Shown here: piece after piece, positions 27,981 to 39,200 of the stretch
How positions within the stretch are numbered: position 1 is the stretch's first letter
Layout of the letters: every line of letters begins with the position of its first letter
Assembly: GCA_963674695.2 (NCBI GenBank)
Contig: CAXXGI010000001.1
Location: 680,929 to 744,928, forward strand
Origin: a bacterium
Lineage (GTDB): Bacteria > UBA10199 > 2-02-FULL-44-16 > JAAZCA01
Direction of reading: 5' to 3'
DNA length: 64,000 bases
Notes under the pieces: generated by a model
The model's database searches: none
Seen by the model: the letters and a program-made list of their open reading frames with translations, nothing else
What the model was told of the DNA's origin: nothing
Position numbers and translations under genes: made by a program

Positions 27981-30014
27981 TTACTCCACCCCCAACGCCT
28001 TGAACACCGCATCTACCGGGTCTGAATAGAAGCTCGTTTGGAACTTTGCGAAGAGTTCGCTGGGGACTGTGGGGATATCCTTTACGCTGCTCATGGGGAT
28101 CAGGATGCGCTTTGCACCAGCATCGAAGGCGGCTTGGAGCGATTCGGCCAAGTTCTCAACGGGCACGATGTTGCCGCCGAGACTCATATCCCCAAAAACT
28201 GCCATCTGACTCTGGAGTGGTTTTTCAAGGATACCCGAACAAAATGCGATAAAACTTGCCAATGTCATAGCCGTAGCATAGCCCGCATTATTCAGTTCAA
28301 CAACATGCAGGTGGTAATCGTGATTGAGTGCCTTAACCGCAGCGCTGACACGGGATACATTGGCCTTAAAATAATCGAATGAAACTTTTATTGGTTCCTT
28401 GGCTTTTTGGTTAGACCCAAAACCTGACATGTTCAATTTTCCAGTGCCTTGCGTCACTTGCAATTCTATTCGATATATACCCAACAACCCGCCCGATCCT
28501 GTCGCAATCGTGAAGAGATTACCACAAGGCAAAGGATCCTCAGGTATTAACGACCCTCCTCCCTGCTCAAGAACACCTACAAAACGCTCCTCCATTGTTT
28601 CCGTATCAATGTAACTGAAATGAACATCGTAAAATTCCATGCCGCCGATCTTCTTTAATTGTTCCTTAATCCGTCGGCGAACCTCAAGGGCATATTCCAG
28701 ACACTGGCGCACAGCCTCTTTATCATATTCGCCATGAGGATGGAGAAGTTTAAGCAATCCCGATACAGTTCTCTTCACCGCAATCGTATCACGCTGATTA
28801 AGATTATTGCCCAGCTTGTAATACTTATCTATTGCATCTGAGAAATTATACTTGCGCATTTCACGAAGGTATTCGGCCAGATAATCAACGATCATTCCGT
28901 ATTGATTCGTAAAAAACTCTGGCCTCATCTTGGGAATTTCCCACCCCGGAATATAGTTGTGAAAGCGATCGAAAAAAGCCGTATCTATTAAAACCTCTGC
29001 GAATGGAGCCAGGAGATGGCTGGTTTTTACGAGGGTATCCACGCTCTGGTTGATGTTGCCGACAAATACCATGGAGGCATTTGCGCTGATGGCATCTCGG
29101 CCACGCGAAAACGAGCCTGAAGCCATAAAATCCTTCATAATCTGCACACCGTCTTTGTCTTTGAAGGAGATCCCAGCAACCTCATCAAAGGCCACCACAT
29201 CCCACACACCAACGAGCCCAACCTGCCGGGTCCCCATATTGTAAAAAAGATTGGCCACCGTCGTCTGGCCGCCCGATACAAGTATGCTATTGGGGCTGAT
29301 TTCCTTATAGATATGACTCTTACCTGTGCCCCTTGGTCCCAATTCACACATATTATAGTTATTCTCAACGAGAGGGATGAGCCTGGCTATGAGATGCCAT
29401 TTCACACGGGCATCCAAAACCGATGGTTCCATTCCAGTCGAACGGATCAATGCATCCATCCACTGTTCCTGCGTAAAGTACTTGCGTCCCTCAAAAAGCT
29501 CTTTTACATCCATATTCGGCAGCTGAATTGGTTTGAGTTCTGAAATACCGAATGGCGACCCCTTCTGACTCTCCTCGTAATAATAGTTCATGGAGACTAT
29601 GCACCAGATACCGCCAGAGAGGAGCTTTTCGTACTTCTTAACGGTGTTGCTGGATATCTCGATTCCTTTTACTCCCAGGTTCAACAAATAAGCCTCATAA
29701 ACATCCCTTTTCTCATTGAGCTTAACGGTAACCTTGTCGATGATCTTATATGCTCCCTGCTCCTTGATCTTTGATTTTACTTTCTCAGCCTCATCGGGGC
29801 GCACATAATTTTCAGCAAGGATCTTCTTAACGGTAACCAAACCATCCTCAATGACCTTTTCGTCATCGGAAGCGCAATACATCCCTAGAAGATATTCGAG
29901 CACATACACAGGGACGTTAGCACCTTCCTTGACCATCTTGGTCAGGTCTTTACGAACCACCTTCCCCTGAAAGTGGCGATTCAATAAGGTATCGAGGCTG
30001 ATGTTCTCATCCAT
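27981..30014 (-). CDS. brxL: BREX Lon-like protease BrxL
   Basis: Size (about 677 aa) and position after pglZ. N-terminus MDENISLDTLLNRHFQGKVVRKDLTKMVKEGANVPVYVLEYLLGMY. AAA-like GPRGTGKSH and a Lon-protease-like C-terminus. ATG 30014 has an AAGGAG SD. Confidence 0.9.
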   Translation of the reverse strand: MDENISLDTLLNRHFQGKVVRKDLTKMVKEGANVPVYVLEYLLGMYCASDDEKVIEDGLVTVKKILAENYVRPDEAEKVKSKIKEQGAYKIIDKVTVKLNEKRDVYEAYLLNLGVKGIEISSNTVKKYEKLLSGGIWCIVSMNYYYEESQKGSPFGISELKPIQLPNMDVKELFEGRKYFTQEQWMDALIRSTGMEPSVLDARVKWHLIARLIPLVENNYNMCELGPRGTGKSHIYKEISPNSILVSGGQTTVANLFYNMGTRQVGLVGVWDVVAFDEVAGISFKDKDGVQIMKDFMASGSFSRGRDAISANASMVFVGNINQSVDTLVKTSHLLAPFAEVLIDTAFFDRFHNYIPGWEIPKMRPEFFTNQYGMIVDYLAEYLREMRKYNFSDAIDKYYKLGNNLNQRDTIAVKRTVSGLLKLLHPHGEYDKEAVRQCLEYALEVRRRIKEQLKKIGGMEFYDVHFSYIDTETMEERFVGVLEQGGGSLIPEDPLPCGNLFTIATGSGGLLGIYRIELQVTQGTGKLNMSGFGSNQKAKEPIKVSFDYFKANVSRVSAAVKALNHDYHLHVVELNNAGYATAMTLASFIAFCSGILEKPLQSQMAVFGDMSLGGNIVPVENLAESLQAAFDAGAKRILIPMSSVKDIPTVPSELFAKFQTSFYSDPVDAVFKALGVE

Positions 30015-30027
30015 TGTAAACACTCCT

Positions 30028-32658
30028 TTAAAAATCACTGCTGAAAGCCAGGTCTATGATTATCGGTATCCGTAGATACTCTATGTTTGTTTCTGGATCG
30101 CGCAAAACCAGGGAATACTCATGCTTGTTGTCGTATTGCCCTGCCTTTACTCTTAAACTAGCTATTTTCTTACGCTCATCCATCGAAGGGGACTTACTGT
30201 CGAAGGTAAGGGCAACTTCGTTGCTAATGAGATCGTTTCCATTACGCAAAGAAACCATGAGCGTCCTGGGGAGGATGCGTTCTGTTATGGCTTCGGTTTG
30301 GATGAACTCAAAACGCTGCAAGCTGTTTACGATCTTTCGGATATTCCCCAAAATTGAGACATCCACTCTTTTCACAGATGACCTCTCAATTGCCTGGCCA
30401 TGAAGCTCCTTGACTGTGATAACGGGAACGATAATTTCCTGGGGCATTGCTCCACCGTGAACAAATTTTGCACCACCTGCAAAGTGAAAGCGGCTTGCGC
30501 CCTTTGGAATCCAGAACTCCATGTCATCCTTGGTTCCAGCTGTTATGTGGGTCATTCCCTTCCAGATATTACGATCTTCGCCAAGCCCGCGCCCTATCAA
30601 ATAGCGTTTATTTCCGTGTATGGCATTCGCTGGCTTCTCACCCAAAGTACTTCGATCTTGCTCGGTCAGATCACCCTCCCTGAAGAGAAAACCATGATCT
30701 GCCGTAATGAAGACCTGGCTTCCATTTAAGTTGTTGATTATGTGACTCACCAAGTCTGAAAGCTCGTTTATGGACTCACGAACAGCATTAAATGTGTGCG
30801 CCTCAGTAGCAGCCTTATCTCCCGTTGCATCAATTTGATCCTGAAATACGTAGATGATACGCCACGGTTTCGCAAAACTTCTCCCCTTGTCACGACTCAT
30901 CTTTCTCAACTCACCCGAATGAATTGCTACACCCTGATATTTCTCAAGGATTTTTGATCTCTGCTCAATGGATGAGGTGGGCAAACCGTCCAGCAATACA
31001 CTTGCGCTAGAGTCTTCCTTATAGGAAATGACCTCATGGGGCATCAGGGCTGCCTTCCCCAGAGCAGTGTAGCTCGGAAGAACGCCCAGCATGCTCGCCA
31101 AATCCGCCTTAAATCTCTTCTTTCCGTTTATCTCGGCTGCAAGTTCTTGGGCGACTTCAAACCGAAAGGCATCGCTTACAATCACATAAACTGTGCCATT
31201 GGGCGTATCCTTCAAAACTTTGTCGATATGTTTTACAAAGAAATCCTGTTGATTCGTGATGTCTGCCAGGCTCCAGTGATCCAACAACCCCTCGCCGTCC
31301 TTTGGTTGGAAGAACCTTCCCCAGGAAATTGCCAATTGATCAACGTACCATTTGCTATAGCAGGCCTCTACGGAGCATTTCAGTTCCTTCAAAATGTCCC
31401 AACCTCTGTTTTCGGTCTTCGTAGCACGTTCATGGTAGAGGCGATAGAGCTGGTCGAATCTAAATAGTTTTTGAACATAGGCATCATACATTGCCTTCGC
31501 ATTAGGATAGCTAAATCCCTCATCATGCAGCTTTCTCAATTCGTGCAAATCCGCTGCAGATTCCAAAGCCTTGTATGTTGCCAGATAGTCATTTCCGCTT
31601 TTTTCTTTATTAAGACCAAAGTAGGGACTTGCCCAATAACCGTCACATCGTTTGCTGATCACCTCTTTGATATGCGAAGGATTTAATAATTCCCCCTCCA
31701 AGAGATTATCGCGCAGACACCTGGCAATGCGCTTCTCCACTGCTTCAAACGTCATCACATCGACTAAATCATCTTCACTCATATCGCCGATGTGATCATC
31801 TATTCTTAATTCACGCCCGATATGATCGGATATAATGTCATAATATTGGCTCAATCTGGCATTTCCACGCCACTGGGAAAGAAACACGGCTGCATTTGTG
31901 CTGAGCGAGCTGTTCGGTAACTGAAGATGATCCAGAGATTGTGGATACGGACACTTCAGATGTGAAACAAAATCAGTAACCATGATTCTCAGTAACAAAT
32001 CAGAAAGATTTTTCTCATCATGGTGATAGCCGAAGAAAGCGCGCATCAATTCCCAAAAATAATCATTGAGCCCATATTTCTCAATCGAATCCCATAGTTT
32101 TTGAGGTGTGCGTAAGTCACAACGTCCGTCGCTACAATAGGCACTGAATAATCTCATCAAAACCTGAAAAACCTCGGGCTGCTCAGACTTAACGACAACA
32201 GCAAGCATCTTGAGATCAACCGCGTCCTCATTATCATCCGCCCTTACCCACTCCTTCAACTTGTTCAATCGGTTTTTATTATTCAGAAAGGATTGACGCT
32301 TAATGAGATGATCGCGCATTAAATGACTGGTTAGGCCCAAATCATCAAGGAGTATTGATGCGCGATCCGCATAGAACGTACGGCTATACAAACGAATATC
32401 GACCAACCAATCATCTTTGAGATCAGGTACTGGAAAGGGAGCATATACGAGGTATTTATTCTGTTTATCCTCAAGTTCCAACTTGGCTTTCACTTCAAGG
32501 GCACTCATTTCATCAAGTCGAATGAAACTGACACCCTCTATATCGAGAGAGCCTACATCCTCGTCAAATTCCTTATCCGCATCATACCAGAACACGATGC
32601 GGTGTTTTTCCTCAGAGTAGAGGCGACCCAGTGCGTCCGTTATCTTGGGAGCGATCAT
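30028..32658 (-). CDS. pglZ: BREX alkaline-phosphatase-superfamily protein PglZ
   Basis: 876 aa in the canonical position between pglX and brxL. PglZ core (VYVIVSDAFRFEV...ITADHGFLF). 4-nt overlap with pglX. Confidence 0.9.
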   Translation of the reverse strand: MIAPKITDALGRLYSEEKHRIVFWYDADKEFDEDVGSLDIEGVSFIRLDEMSALEVKAKLELEDKQNKYLVYAPFPVPDLKDDWLVDIRLYSRTFYADRASILLDDLGLTSHLMRDHLIKRQSFLNNKNRLNKLKEWVRADDNEDAVDLKMLAVVVKSEQPEVFQVLMRLFSAYCSDGRCDLRTPQKLWDSIEKYGLNDYFWELMRAFFGYHHDEKNLSDLLLRIMVTDFVSHLKCPYPQSLDHLQLPNSSLSTNAAVFLSQWRGNARLSQYYDIISDHIGRELRIDDHIGDMSEDDLVDVMTFEAVEKRIARCLRDNLLEGELLNPSHIKEVISKRCDGYWASPYFGLNKEKSGNDYLATYKALESAADLHELRKLHDEGFSYPNAKAMYDAYVQKLFRFDQLYRLYHERATKTENRGWDILKELKCSVEACYSKWYVDQLAISWGRFFQPKDGEGLLDHWSLADITNQQDFFVKHIDKVLKDTPNGTVYVIVSDAFRFEVAQELAAEINGKKRFKADLASMLGVLPSYTALGKAALMPHEVISYKEDSSASVLLDGLPTSSIEQRSKILEKYQGVAIHSGELRKMSRDKGRSFAKPWRIIYVFQDQIDATGDKAATEAHTFNAVRESINELSDLVSHIINNLNGSQVFITADHGFLFREGDLTEQDRSTLGEKPANAIHGNKRYLIGRGLGEDRNIWKGMTHITAGTKDDMEFWIPKGASRFHFAGGAKFVHGGAMPQEIIVPVITVKELHGQAIERSSVKRVDVSILGNIRKIVNSLQRFEFIQTEAITERILPRTLMVSLRNGNDLISNEVALTFDSKSPSMDERKKIASLRVKAGQYDNKHEYSLVLRDPETNIEYLRIPIIIDLAFSSDF

Positions 32659-35600
32659 TCTTTACCACCTGTGACTTTCTTCACCCCTGCAAGGAGATTG
32701 CCGAATTTTCCATAGTTTACTTTAACGCCATCATCGAGATCCAGCTTGATGCGCTTATCTGCTAAATGGCGCAGTTCATCATCGAACACAGCAAGTTCCG
32801 TGCGTTTCTTCTTTAACGTATCGAGCTGCTTCTGAATCTTATTCTCGGCAGATGTCGAAGTGGCCTTTCCCTTTTCGCTAATGAGATAATCAACCCGTGC
32901 AGTTAGCTTTCCCTGAAGGGGTGTTACATATTCATTTCTCATTCTTGAAAGTGTAGATTCGTTATATCTATGGAGATAGACAAGACACTCAAAGGCTCCG
33001 TATTTGCCGCCTGAAAAAAGCCAATATATCGGTCTCTTCTTGTATGTCTGAAGATGGTCCTTGAAGAAAGAGTTGCTCAAATAGCGACGTATCGTATCCC
33101 TTGGTGATTCTCCGTGTTTTGCAGAGAGGTTCTCGGCAATGAACTTGAGATTCTCCTCAAGATGCTCCTCAGGCCAAGCAACCTTTATGAAATCTACAAA
33201 TCGATTGGTTGCATCATCCGGAAACCAATCCATATCCATGACGGGGATAATGCCATCATCATCTGCTGGGAATATCCTATATTTTGAGAGATCGAAGCCC
33301 TCGTTACCGCTGTGGGCGTAGATGAGGCCCGGCGCGTCCAGGCTGTAGCGGCCCATCATGCAGCCGATGGCGTAGGAGACCAGCTCTTCCATGGTGTCCT
33401 GGCGGAAGCGGGACCACTGCGCATCGATGGTGAGCTTGCCGCCGTAGCGGTAGGCGGGATTCACGGTGAGGGTGATCTGCTCAGGTGGCACGTCGGGCGT
33501 GAGCTCGTCCACCAGGCCGTAGGCGTCGATGAAGAGGCGGTTGTTCTCCTCTTCGAGGCGCTTCATCTCGGCGATGGTGTCCTTGTTCTGGGTGATCCAG
33601 GCGGTGTAGCTAGACTCGAGGGTGGGGGTGGGCTCGGAGGACGCCGTCAGGAGGGGGAGGGATTGAAAGTCCCAACTAAGCTCCCTCTCGTTATAGTCCT
33701 CTCTTGTCAGGTTTATAAGGTCCCGGGCCACCTTCGACACCTGCTCTACATTCTCGGGTCTCGCCAAGGGTATCCCTTTGACGGTCCCACACTTGTAGCT
33801 CACTGTAGGCATCAATAATTCAGCGACGTGTGTAAAAGGCCGAGAGTTCAAAGCCGAGAGAGCGAGCTCCAATTTGTCGCCAACGCACACCGGACCTTTG
33901 CCGTCAAACAAGAAGCCTTCAGGGTAGTATTTGACCCCAAAACCCTTCGTTCCCACGTCCGACCAAGTCCCGCCTTCTTTGAAATACAGAGATTGACTTG
34001 GCCGCACATGGCCTTTGAGGCTGCCCATTTCCGTTCTTGCCGTCTCGTCGAAAGCAATGACGAACTCATAGTTTCCATACCACCTGAGGCACCCCCCCCC
34101 TTTGTTGTACGGAATCCATTTCACGCGGAGCGAGTCAATTTCATCTATCCTACGGATTGCCGTCGAGAAGCGATTTCGGCCTATCTCCCACCAGCTTCTG
34201 ACAAACTTCTCATTGTTTGCAGTATGGATACCTTCTCGAAATTGGTAATGCGAGCCAATCGGGTCGTTACCCTCAAAGAGCCTCGCTAGCAAGTCGCCTT
34301 TCCAGTAGACGAGGGGGCTCCCAGGGACTCGCGAAAATTCTATCTGTTTGAACACGAACCTGTTCTTGTCATTCAGGAACTGGAATTCCTTCTGTTGTGA
34401 GTCCCAGCCTGTAAGGCGAACGTAGGTTCCTTTCCCGGACGAAATCGAACAGCGCCTTAAAGAGAACATCACCGTTGACACGATTTCGCCCGGGATCGAC
34501 TCAAAGGCCCGAGGCCCTAGCTGAGCAAGACTCTGGATGAGAGTTGTCTCGACTATCGCTTCTCTCAACTCTTGGTACGAAGTCGTAAACATCCAGCTTT
34601 GCATTGTGATGATTGACATGCGCGCGCCAGGGGCGCACAGATCCAGCATCCTCTCAATGAAGACGGCGTATAGGTCCGTTCGCGTCACCTTATAACGGGG
34701 CGCCAATCCAGTCTTGAGAGTTGAGTTGAAATTGCCTGAGCCCATGTAAGGCGGATTCGCCACCACCGCGTCGTACTGCACTGCCAGCAACTCAGCCTGC
34801 TGCACCAGCGGCTCCAAGCGCTTTAGCGCCTCCGACACAAAGAGGTCCTGGCTGGTCGCCTCGCTGAGCTGCTTCAGCGCCGGCAACTTCTTGGCCAGTT
34901 CCTCCGGCACCTGAATCAACGACCCAAAGGTCGTGGCGTGCTCAAACAGCCGCTTCAGCTCCGTGAGGTCCCCCGGAAGCAAATCGTAGTCCGAAAGCTC
35001 TACCCCCTTCGCCAGCCCCTCAGCATCGAATCCCGCGCTATCCACCATCGCCATCACATTGAGCTTCACCCCCCGCTCGAACAGCCGCCGGTCATCCGCC
35101 CGCCCCTTCATCATCAGCGCAAAGCCCGTCAGCTGCGCCGCGCGCTCGTCGATGTCGAGGCCGAAGAGGTTCTTCTCGAGGATCAGCTGCGGAACGTCTC
35201 GTTGCCGATAGCCGCGCTCCAGGTAGATGGCCTTGAAGAGCTCATAGGCCTCCACCAGGATGTGCCCGGAGCCACTGGCCGGGTCGATCAGAGTCAGCTC
35301 CTCGGGGTTGAGCTGGCTGGGCGTGATGCTTGCTAGCTGCGCGTTGACATCAATGGTCTGCTCGGCGGGCTCGATGTAATACTCCATCTGCCCTTTGAGC
35401 TTTGAATCGGGATAGGTCGCCAGCCACTGCGCCCCCAGCGAGTTCTGGACCATGTACTTCACGATCCAGTTGGGCGTGAAGAGCTGGGTCGCCGCCGGGA
35501 TGTCTTCGGACTTCACCACCTTGCCGATGACCTCGTCCTTCTTCTCCGAGATGTAGAACTGGTAGAGCCAGCCGATGATCTCGATGTCCTGCCAGAGCTC

Positions 35601-36194
35601 TTCAGGAACGGCGGTGACGAGCTCTTTAATTAACGAGTCGGTTTTGGTGAGGTTATCTGGCAGGAGTAATTCAGTTTCATCGTCGAGTGGTTCAAACAGA
35701 AAAGGCATGGCTTGATGCAAAGCATGACACTGTGCGAGCAGTAATTCACGGTAGAGCGCTTCGTCCTGGGTGCCGTCGAGTTTGAGTTCGATGACCTTCT
35801 CGCGGTCGAGACCCGGCAGCTCGACATCAGCCGCATGATCAAGAATCTCAGGATGCGGCTGTCCTTCGGGGTGACTCAGCACACGGTAGCCGTGGTCGAG
35901 GTAGCCGTGAAGTTCCATATAACGAATCGCGGCGAACCGGTTGAACCAGGTGTAGGCGATGGCTTCCATAGTGGTTTCGAAGCCGTGGGACTGGATGCGA
36001 TCGACGAGCGACTTGCGAGCAGGGGCGATGGACACGGGGAAAGCCTGGCCACCCACAAGTAGAACATCTCCCTGCAGCTCTGCGGGCGCATTGCCCTGTG
36101 CGGTAATGCCGAACTTGGCTGCCTGCGCACTCACCGCAGCGATGAACGCCTTGCGCGCTTTGGGGGCGTAGCTGCTGAGCTTGGATGTGTTCAT
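32655..36194 (-). CDS. pglX: BREX N6-adenine DNA methyltransferase PglX
   Basis: 1179 aa. Motif I LIDPASGSGHIL and motif IV VVANPPYMG (NPPY at about 34750-34762). Canonical position after brxC. Confidence 0.9.
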   Translation of the reverse strand: MNTSKLSSYAPKARKAFIAAVSAQAAKFGITAQGNAPAELQGDVLLVGGQAFPVSIAPARKSLVDRIQSHGFETTMEAIAYTWFNRFAAIRYMELHGYLDHGYRVLSHPEGQPHPEILDHAADVELPGLDREKVIELKLDGTQDEALYRELLLAQCHALHQAMPFLFEPLDDETELLLPDNLTKTDSLIKELVTAVPEELWQDIEIIGWLYQFYISEKKDEVIGKVVKSEDIPAATQLFTPNWIVKYMVQNSLGAQWLATYPDSKLKGQMEYYIEPAEQTIDVNAQLASITPSQLNPEELTLIDPASGSGHILVEAYELFKAIYLERGYRQRDVPQLILEKNLFGLDIDERAAQLTGFALMMKGRADDRRLFERGVKLNVMAMVDSAGFDAEGLAKGVELSDYDLLPGDLTELKRLFEHATTFGSLIQVPEELAKKLPALKQLSEATSQDLFVSEALKRLEPLVQQAELLAVQYDAVVANPPYMGSGNFNSTLKTGLAPRYKVTRTDLYAVFIERMLDLCAPGARMSIITMQSWMFTTSYQELREAIVETTLIQSLAQLGPRAFESIPGEIVSTVMFSLRRCSISSGKGTYVRLTGWDSQQKEFQFLNDKNRFVFKQIEFSRVPGSPLVYWKGDLLARLFEGNDPIGSHYQFREGIHTANNEKFVRSWWEIGRNRFSTAIRRIDEIDSLRVKWIPYNKGGGCLRWYGNYEFVIAFDETARTEMGSLKGHVRPSQSLYFKEGGTWSDVGTKGFGVKYYPEGFLFDGKGPVCVGDKLELALSALNSRPFTHVAELLMPTVSYKCGTVKGIPLARPENVEQVSKVARDLINLTREDYNERELSWDFQSLPLLTASSEPTPTLESSYTAWITQNKDTIAEMKRLEEENNRLFIDAYGLVDELTPDVPPEQITLTVNPAYRYGGKLTIDAQWSRFRQDTMEELVSYAIGCMMGRYSLDAPGLIYAHSGNEGFDLSKYRIFPADDDGIIPVMDMDWFPDDATNRFVDFIKVAWPEEHLEENLKFIAENLSAKHGESPRDTIRRYLSNSFFKDHLQTYKKRPIYWLFSGGKYGAFECLVYLHRYNESTLSRMRNEYVTPLQGKLTARVDYLISEKGKATSTSAENKIQKQLDTLKKKRTELAVFDDELRHLADKRIKLDLDDGVKVNYGKFGNLLAGVKKVTGGKE
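34092..34100 (-). repeat. G9 homopolymer (C9 on the plus strand) inside the pglX coding sequence
   Basis: The plus strand reads ggcaCCCCCCCCCtttg. On the coding strand this is AAA GGG GGG GGG TGC, giving K-G-G-G-C (PYNKGGGCLRWYG). The gene is currently in frame. Confidence 0.9.
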
Positions 36195-36292
36195 GCTCCC
36201 TCTGGATTATCAGTAACCACCAATATAAATTCACGCCCCGCTTCAGGTGCATAAGCTTTTAATCTAGAATTGTTAACAACCGATCCTTTCTT

Positions 36293-39200
36293 CTACTGTA
36301 TCCTCACACGCCCTTTCTTTACGGCAGATATGAGATTGTCACGAAGGACGTTTAAATAGGCATCCACATCTGCCTCTGTCTCTAAATAGCTTTTCGTAAC
36401 CAGTGAGGAGGGGCTGACTAAGGTAACTGGTTTGGTTGGTTCCTTTCCATCACCCTTCCTCACTTCTTCTTCTTCGATCCCTGAGAGAGAGTTTTCGAAT
36501 TGCTCTCTTGCCTGAGCTTCACAATAGAAAACCCCAGGAATATTTTTGCCCTGCTCAATTTGCTTCTTTATATCCTGCAATGGTTTGAGCGATTGATTTC
36601 GTAAATCATCCGGTGCCTTGCATTCATCCAGTCTCTCGGAAATCCTGGAGATGTAACCTTCCAATACCGCCAAAGAATTATCCTGAGCACTTTTGACAAG
36701 AGCATTATTAATAGTTGTAGCTCCCGCTATTAACTCATCGACCTCTTTTAGCATTCCGTATGGCTTGGCTGAGGCGAGGATCTCATCCATTCTTGCAAGG
36801 GCTTTGCTTGCTTCTGGATCCTTTGCAAGCTCCTGCCTGTTCGGCCTGAAAGAACCATCCATCGCAGTCCTTAATCGCTCCCACGTAGACTTTTGATTGG
36901 CATAAAAGTCGTTCAATTCATGAATGTTTTCGGATAAGCTCGCCAATACTTCTTTATCTTCGGTAAAGGTCTTAAAAAATTCATAGCTATCACTTATTGA
37001 AAGCGCCTTCCCCAGAACATTTAATCCCTCATCTATTTCCTCTTTACCTGGATAATTTTCAGTATCCGCCAACGGCTTATACTCCTTGAGCTTGTCGCTC
37101 CAGCCAGTGAGTCTGTCATGGATGAAGGCATAAAGGGCATCTTCTGAATCAGGCCCGATCTTGCTAAATATCTTCTGACACGCATTACTCGCGACTTTCA
37201 ACTCCTCTGCTCCAACCGCTTTTCGCTTCAGAATCGTCACAAGCTTCCATTTTGCCGATTTGGTAAGCGGCTCCACTGCCTGTTTAGGTTCTAGGACACC
37301 TCCGTCCATTGCCAGAACGATTTCACCAGCTACAAAGAGACGGGCAATGAGAAGCACTGTTTCCCACTCCGGCCATCCGAATGGGCGACCTTTGAAGCGA
37401 TCTACAAGTTCATTCAGTGCAATCCTGTGATTCCTGGATGCGCTGAGGTCAATGAATTGTTTTACCTCTCTCAAAGCTTGCGCATTCCCTTCAGCCCCCT
37501 CAAGCTTGATGACATACTGCCCAATATCATTTGTCATGAGGACTGAACGAATCTCCCGCTGAGGTTCTTCCTGCAAGGCGTTTAGATAATTCAGTTTCGT
37601 GTATATATTTTCAACCATGTATTTAGAAATATCGTAAAGCACGGTACGCGCATTCGACGAAGTCAATGGAAGGGTTTGACCAAGCGCATAATAATCCGCC
37701 TCGGTCAAAAGAGTACCAAGCATTTCGACTAGCCTCTCACGCCGCGCTCCATTCTCGCCAGCCATCTTCCTGAGTATTTCTTTAAGGCTGTCGGGTGCTG
37801 AAGCGTCACTCTTAAGTCGTATGTATTTTTCGACCTGAAGATATGTACGTAGTTCGCCGCCCAATTCTTTTTTATCAGGTAATTTTATGAGCGCCTTGCC
37901 GCTATCTTCGGTACTGTGCATTATACATTGTGAGTTATCATGATTTGAGAAATCATCATTGAGAGGAGTTATGACCTCAATGGTCAAATCCTGATCCACC
38001 CTGCCGTGAGGATGTCCATCACACAGGCGGTTCAGGCTGTAGTCACTTCGATTTACAGGATAGCGATATTTATTCTCATTCTTGAGTACATCGTCATATA
38101 TGATGGTCGAAAGCAACCTGGCCTCATCACTTGCTGCGACATCAACGTTCTTAATTTCGCGACCAACATCCCGTTCCTCATTTGTTAAAAAGAAGTAGAG
38201 ATCACCATTTCTACTGATAAGAGTTTCCTTCTCCAGCCTGACAAGGCTTTCTTGAATCTCTCGTTTGATCTCAAGTCTATCAGCATCCACGCCATCAATG
38301 AAGAGCGTTACGAGGTTATCAATATTAGATTTTATGATGTCTACGTACCTTATGAGAAATAGAGTCCTCAATAGTTGCACATCAAAGTGATTCAGACTTC
38401 TGTTGTCCTTTGCCTGATCGACCGTCTTTTTCACGGTAGTATCGAGAAAACTTTCTATGGAAGGATAAAATTCATAAAGAGGAACTAGAGCACCGACCTC
38501 CTCTTCAGAAACGCTCTTTGCGGCAGCTTGAAACGCGTCCAGCATGGATCGTTCACCGCGGCTCAAATGGAGGCCCGTGGCACCTGCTTTCCGGATTGAT
38601 TCAAATATCTTCTGGACGAGCTGAAACTGGTAAGGTGCAAATGGGTAATTAATAATAAAGTCATTCTTTTCACGGTATCTTTCCAACGTAGCCCCACCTG
38701 TGAAGCTTAGTTGGTGCTTTATGATCTCCCCCTTCTTCTCAAAAAGCGTATCAAGTTCCTTTGAGGCGTCATCTGTTTTCGAGAGCAATCTCCGTTGGAT
38801 AACCTCATCCGTATTTGAGCTCGAGAGAGAGAGCCGTGTATTAAAGCGGCCTTGAATTTTTGAGAAATCGTTTGCTTGAGCACCCCTCACTTCCCCCAAA
38901 ACCCTGTCGATGTCCTCCTGTGAAGTCACCACAACCCACGCTCTTCCCGTGCACATCATTCCCAAATCCTCTGTAATTGTCTGGAGATTCAACATGAGAT
39001 GTGTATTTTGGCCTATAAATTGCCCCATCTCATCGACCAGGAAAATGATTCGATGATTTGGCCCTTTAGAGGCTAGATATTCATTAACCTGACTCGCGAA
39101 CTTTTCTATGTTTAGAACGTGGCTTTTCTCTGCTTTCTCAAACCACTCTGCAGCACTCTCTTGGCTTTTGTCGAGAGCCTGTGACAATGCCTTTACGACT

